A stretch of DNA of 64,000 nt, from assembly GCA_946222605.1 (NCBI GenBank), contig CAMIIE010000004.1, positions 18,141 through 82,140 of the forward strand, given 5' to 3'. The position numbers were made by a program, and so were the translations under genes. A model generated the notes under the pieces. That model saw only the letters and a program-made list of their open reading frames with translations. It was not told where the DNA came from and made no database searches. Below are positions 62,454-64,000 of the stretch, piece by piece (positions within the stretch are counted from its first letter, which is position 1; every line of letters begins with the position of its first letter). The stretch comes from an uncultured Acidocella sp. Lineage in GTDB: Bacteria; Pseudomonadota; Alphaproteobacteria; Acetobacterales; Acetobacteraceae.

Positions 62454-64000
62454 ACGCATTGAACGAACTGGCCGCGCTGGAGCGGCCGGATAGCTTCGTC
62501 GCCCGGCATATCGGGCCGGATGAGGCGCAGATTGGCGCGATGCTGAAGGCGGTGGGGGCGCCGAGCCTGGAAGGGCTGATCGCCCAGACCATTCCGGAGA
62601 GCATCCGCACCAATGCCGCGCTGGCGTTGCCCGCCGCCGAGGATGAAGCGGCGCTGCTGAACCGGCTGCGTCAGATCGCCAGCCGCAATGTGGTGAAGCA
62701 TTCGCTGATCGGCATGGGCTATCACGGCACCGTCACTCCGCCGGTGATCCAGCGCAACGTGCTGGAGAATCCGGGCTGGTATACGGCCTATACGCCCTAT
62801 CAGGCGGAGATCAGCCAGGGCCGGCTGGAAGCGATTTTGAACTTCCAGACCATGATCGCCGCGCTGACCGGGCTGGATATCGCCAATGCCTCGCTGCTGG
62901 ACGAGGCCACCGCCGCCGCCGAGGGCGTGGCGATGGCCTTCTCCTTGCACAAGGCCGGCAGCAAGGTGATCGCGGTGGCGACGGATGTGCATCCGCAGAC
63001 CCGCGCCGTGATCGCCACCCGCGCCTGGCCGCTGGGCTGGGAGATTCTGGATGTGGCGCCAGGGGATGTGGACGCGATCAGTGCGGCGAAACCGTTCGCG
63101 CTGGTGCTGAATTATCCGGGGTCCACCGGGCAGGTGCGGGATCTCTCCGGCGAGATCGCGGCGGGCAAGGCGGTGGGGGCGATGAGCATCGTCTGCGCCG
63201 ACCTGCTGGCGCTGACGCTGCTGACCCCGCCGGGCGAGATGGGGGCGGATATCACCGTCGGCTCCGCCCAGCGCTTTGGCGTGCCGATGGGGTTTGGCGG
63301 CCCGCATGCCGGCTATTTCGCCACCCGCGACGCGTTCAAGCGCGCCATGCCGGGGCGGTTGGTCGGGGTTTCGGTGGATGCCGCCGGGCGGCCGGCGATG
63401 CGTCTGGCCTTGCAGACCCGCGAGCAGCATATCCGTCGCGAGAAGGCGACCAGCAATATCTGCACCGCGCAGGTGCTGCTGGCGGTGATGGCCGGGTTCT
63501 ATGCCGCCTGGCACGGGCCCGAGGGGCTGAAGGCGATTGCGCGGCGGGTGAATTTGCAGGCGCGGCTGCTGGCGGATGTGGTCGGCAAGGCTGGCTTCGC
63601 GCTGCGCCACACGGCGTTCTTCGACACGCTGGCGATCGAGGCGGGCGGGCAGGCGCAGGCGCTGATGGACAAGGCCGAGGCGGCCGGATTCAATCTGCGC
63701 CGGATCGATGCGACGGGCATCGGCATCGCGCTGGATGAAACCGTCACCCGCGCCGCGCTGGACGCGCTGGCCGGGCTGTTCGGCGGCACGCTGGGGGAGG
63801 CGGCGGTCTCGATTCCGGCGGCGCTGGAGCGCAAGAGCCGCTTCTGCACCGAGGAGGTGTTCAGCGCGCATCATTCCGAGCACGCGATGCTGCGCTATCT
63901 GAAGCGGCTGGAGGACAAGGATGTCGCGCTCAACCGCTCGATGATCCCGCTTGGCTCCTGCACGATGAAACTCAACGCCGCGGTGGAGATGGCGGCGATC
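62450..64000 (+). CDS. gcvP: Glycine dehydrogenase (decarboxylating), 5' part; runs off window end
   Basis: Not in the ORF track. From GTG 62450: [62 protein letters not shown]. Confidence 0.96.
   Translation, partial: MNALNELAALERPDSFVARHIGPDEAQIGAMLKAVGAPSLEGLIAQTIPESIRTNAALALPAAEDEAALLNRLRQIASRNVVKHSLIGMGYHGTVTPPVIQRNVLENPGWYTAYTPYQAEISQGRLEAILNFQTMIAALTGLDIANASLLDEATAAAEGVAMAFSLHKAGSKVIAVATDVHPQTRAVIATRAWPLGWEILDVAPGDVDAISAAKPFALVLNYPGSTGQVRDLSGEIAAGKAVGAMSIVCADLLALTLLTPPGEMGADITVGSAQRFGVPMGFGGPHAGYFATRDAFKRAMPGRLVGVSVDAAGRPAMRLALQTREQHIRREKATSNICTAQVLLAVMAGFYAAWHGPEGLKAIARRVNLQARLLADVVGKAGFALRHTAFFDTLAIEAGGQAQALMDKAEAAGFNLRRIDATGIGIALDETVTRAALDALAGLFGGTLGEAAVSIPAALERKSRFCTEEVFSAHHSEHAMLRYLKRLEDKDVALNRSMIPLGSCTMKLNAAVEMAAI

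Overview
High-GC alphaproteobacterial chromosomal segment, most consistent with Acetobacteraceae (inferred from gene content and repeat type). It is mostly core housekeeping: glnE (partial), grpE, hfq-hflX, a stand-alone fusA, alaS, recA with LexA boxes, argG/argH/argC, lysA, pstB-phoU-phoB with Pho boxes, aspS, rnd, secB, phasin, uvrB, glk, pdxJ, lpdA, metH, cbpA-cbpM, and a tandem glycine riboswitch ahead of gcvT-gcvH-gcvP (partial). I found no transposase, integrase, prophage, rRNA, tRNA or CRISPR array. The main unexplained structure is non-coding. A dispersed, modular palindromic element family has about 10 copies with ends TAAAAGTTTTT...AAAAACTTTTA, interchangeable hairpin modules and covarying stems; its terminal TAA is the stop codon of 7 flanking genes. 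A second TAGAGC...GCTCTA family has 2 clear copies, one supplying the metH stop. Other leads: a GCFCC-motif mini-protein divergent from metH, a GT2 plus polytopic membrane protein glycosylation pair, a 41-aa lipoprotein missed by the ORF track, and truncated or atypical receiver proteins. Product calls come from motif recognition only; no database searches were run.
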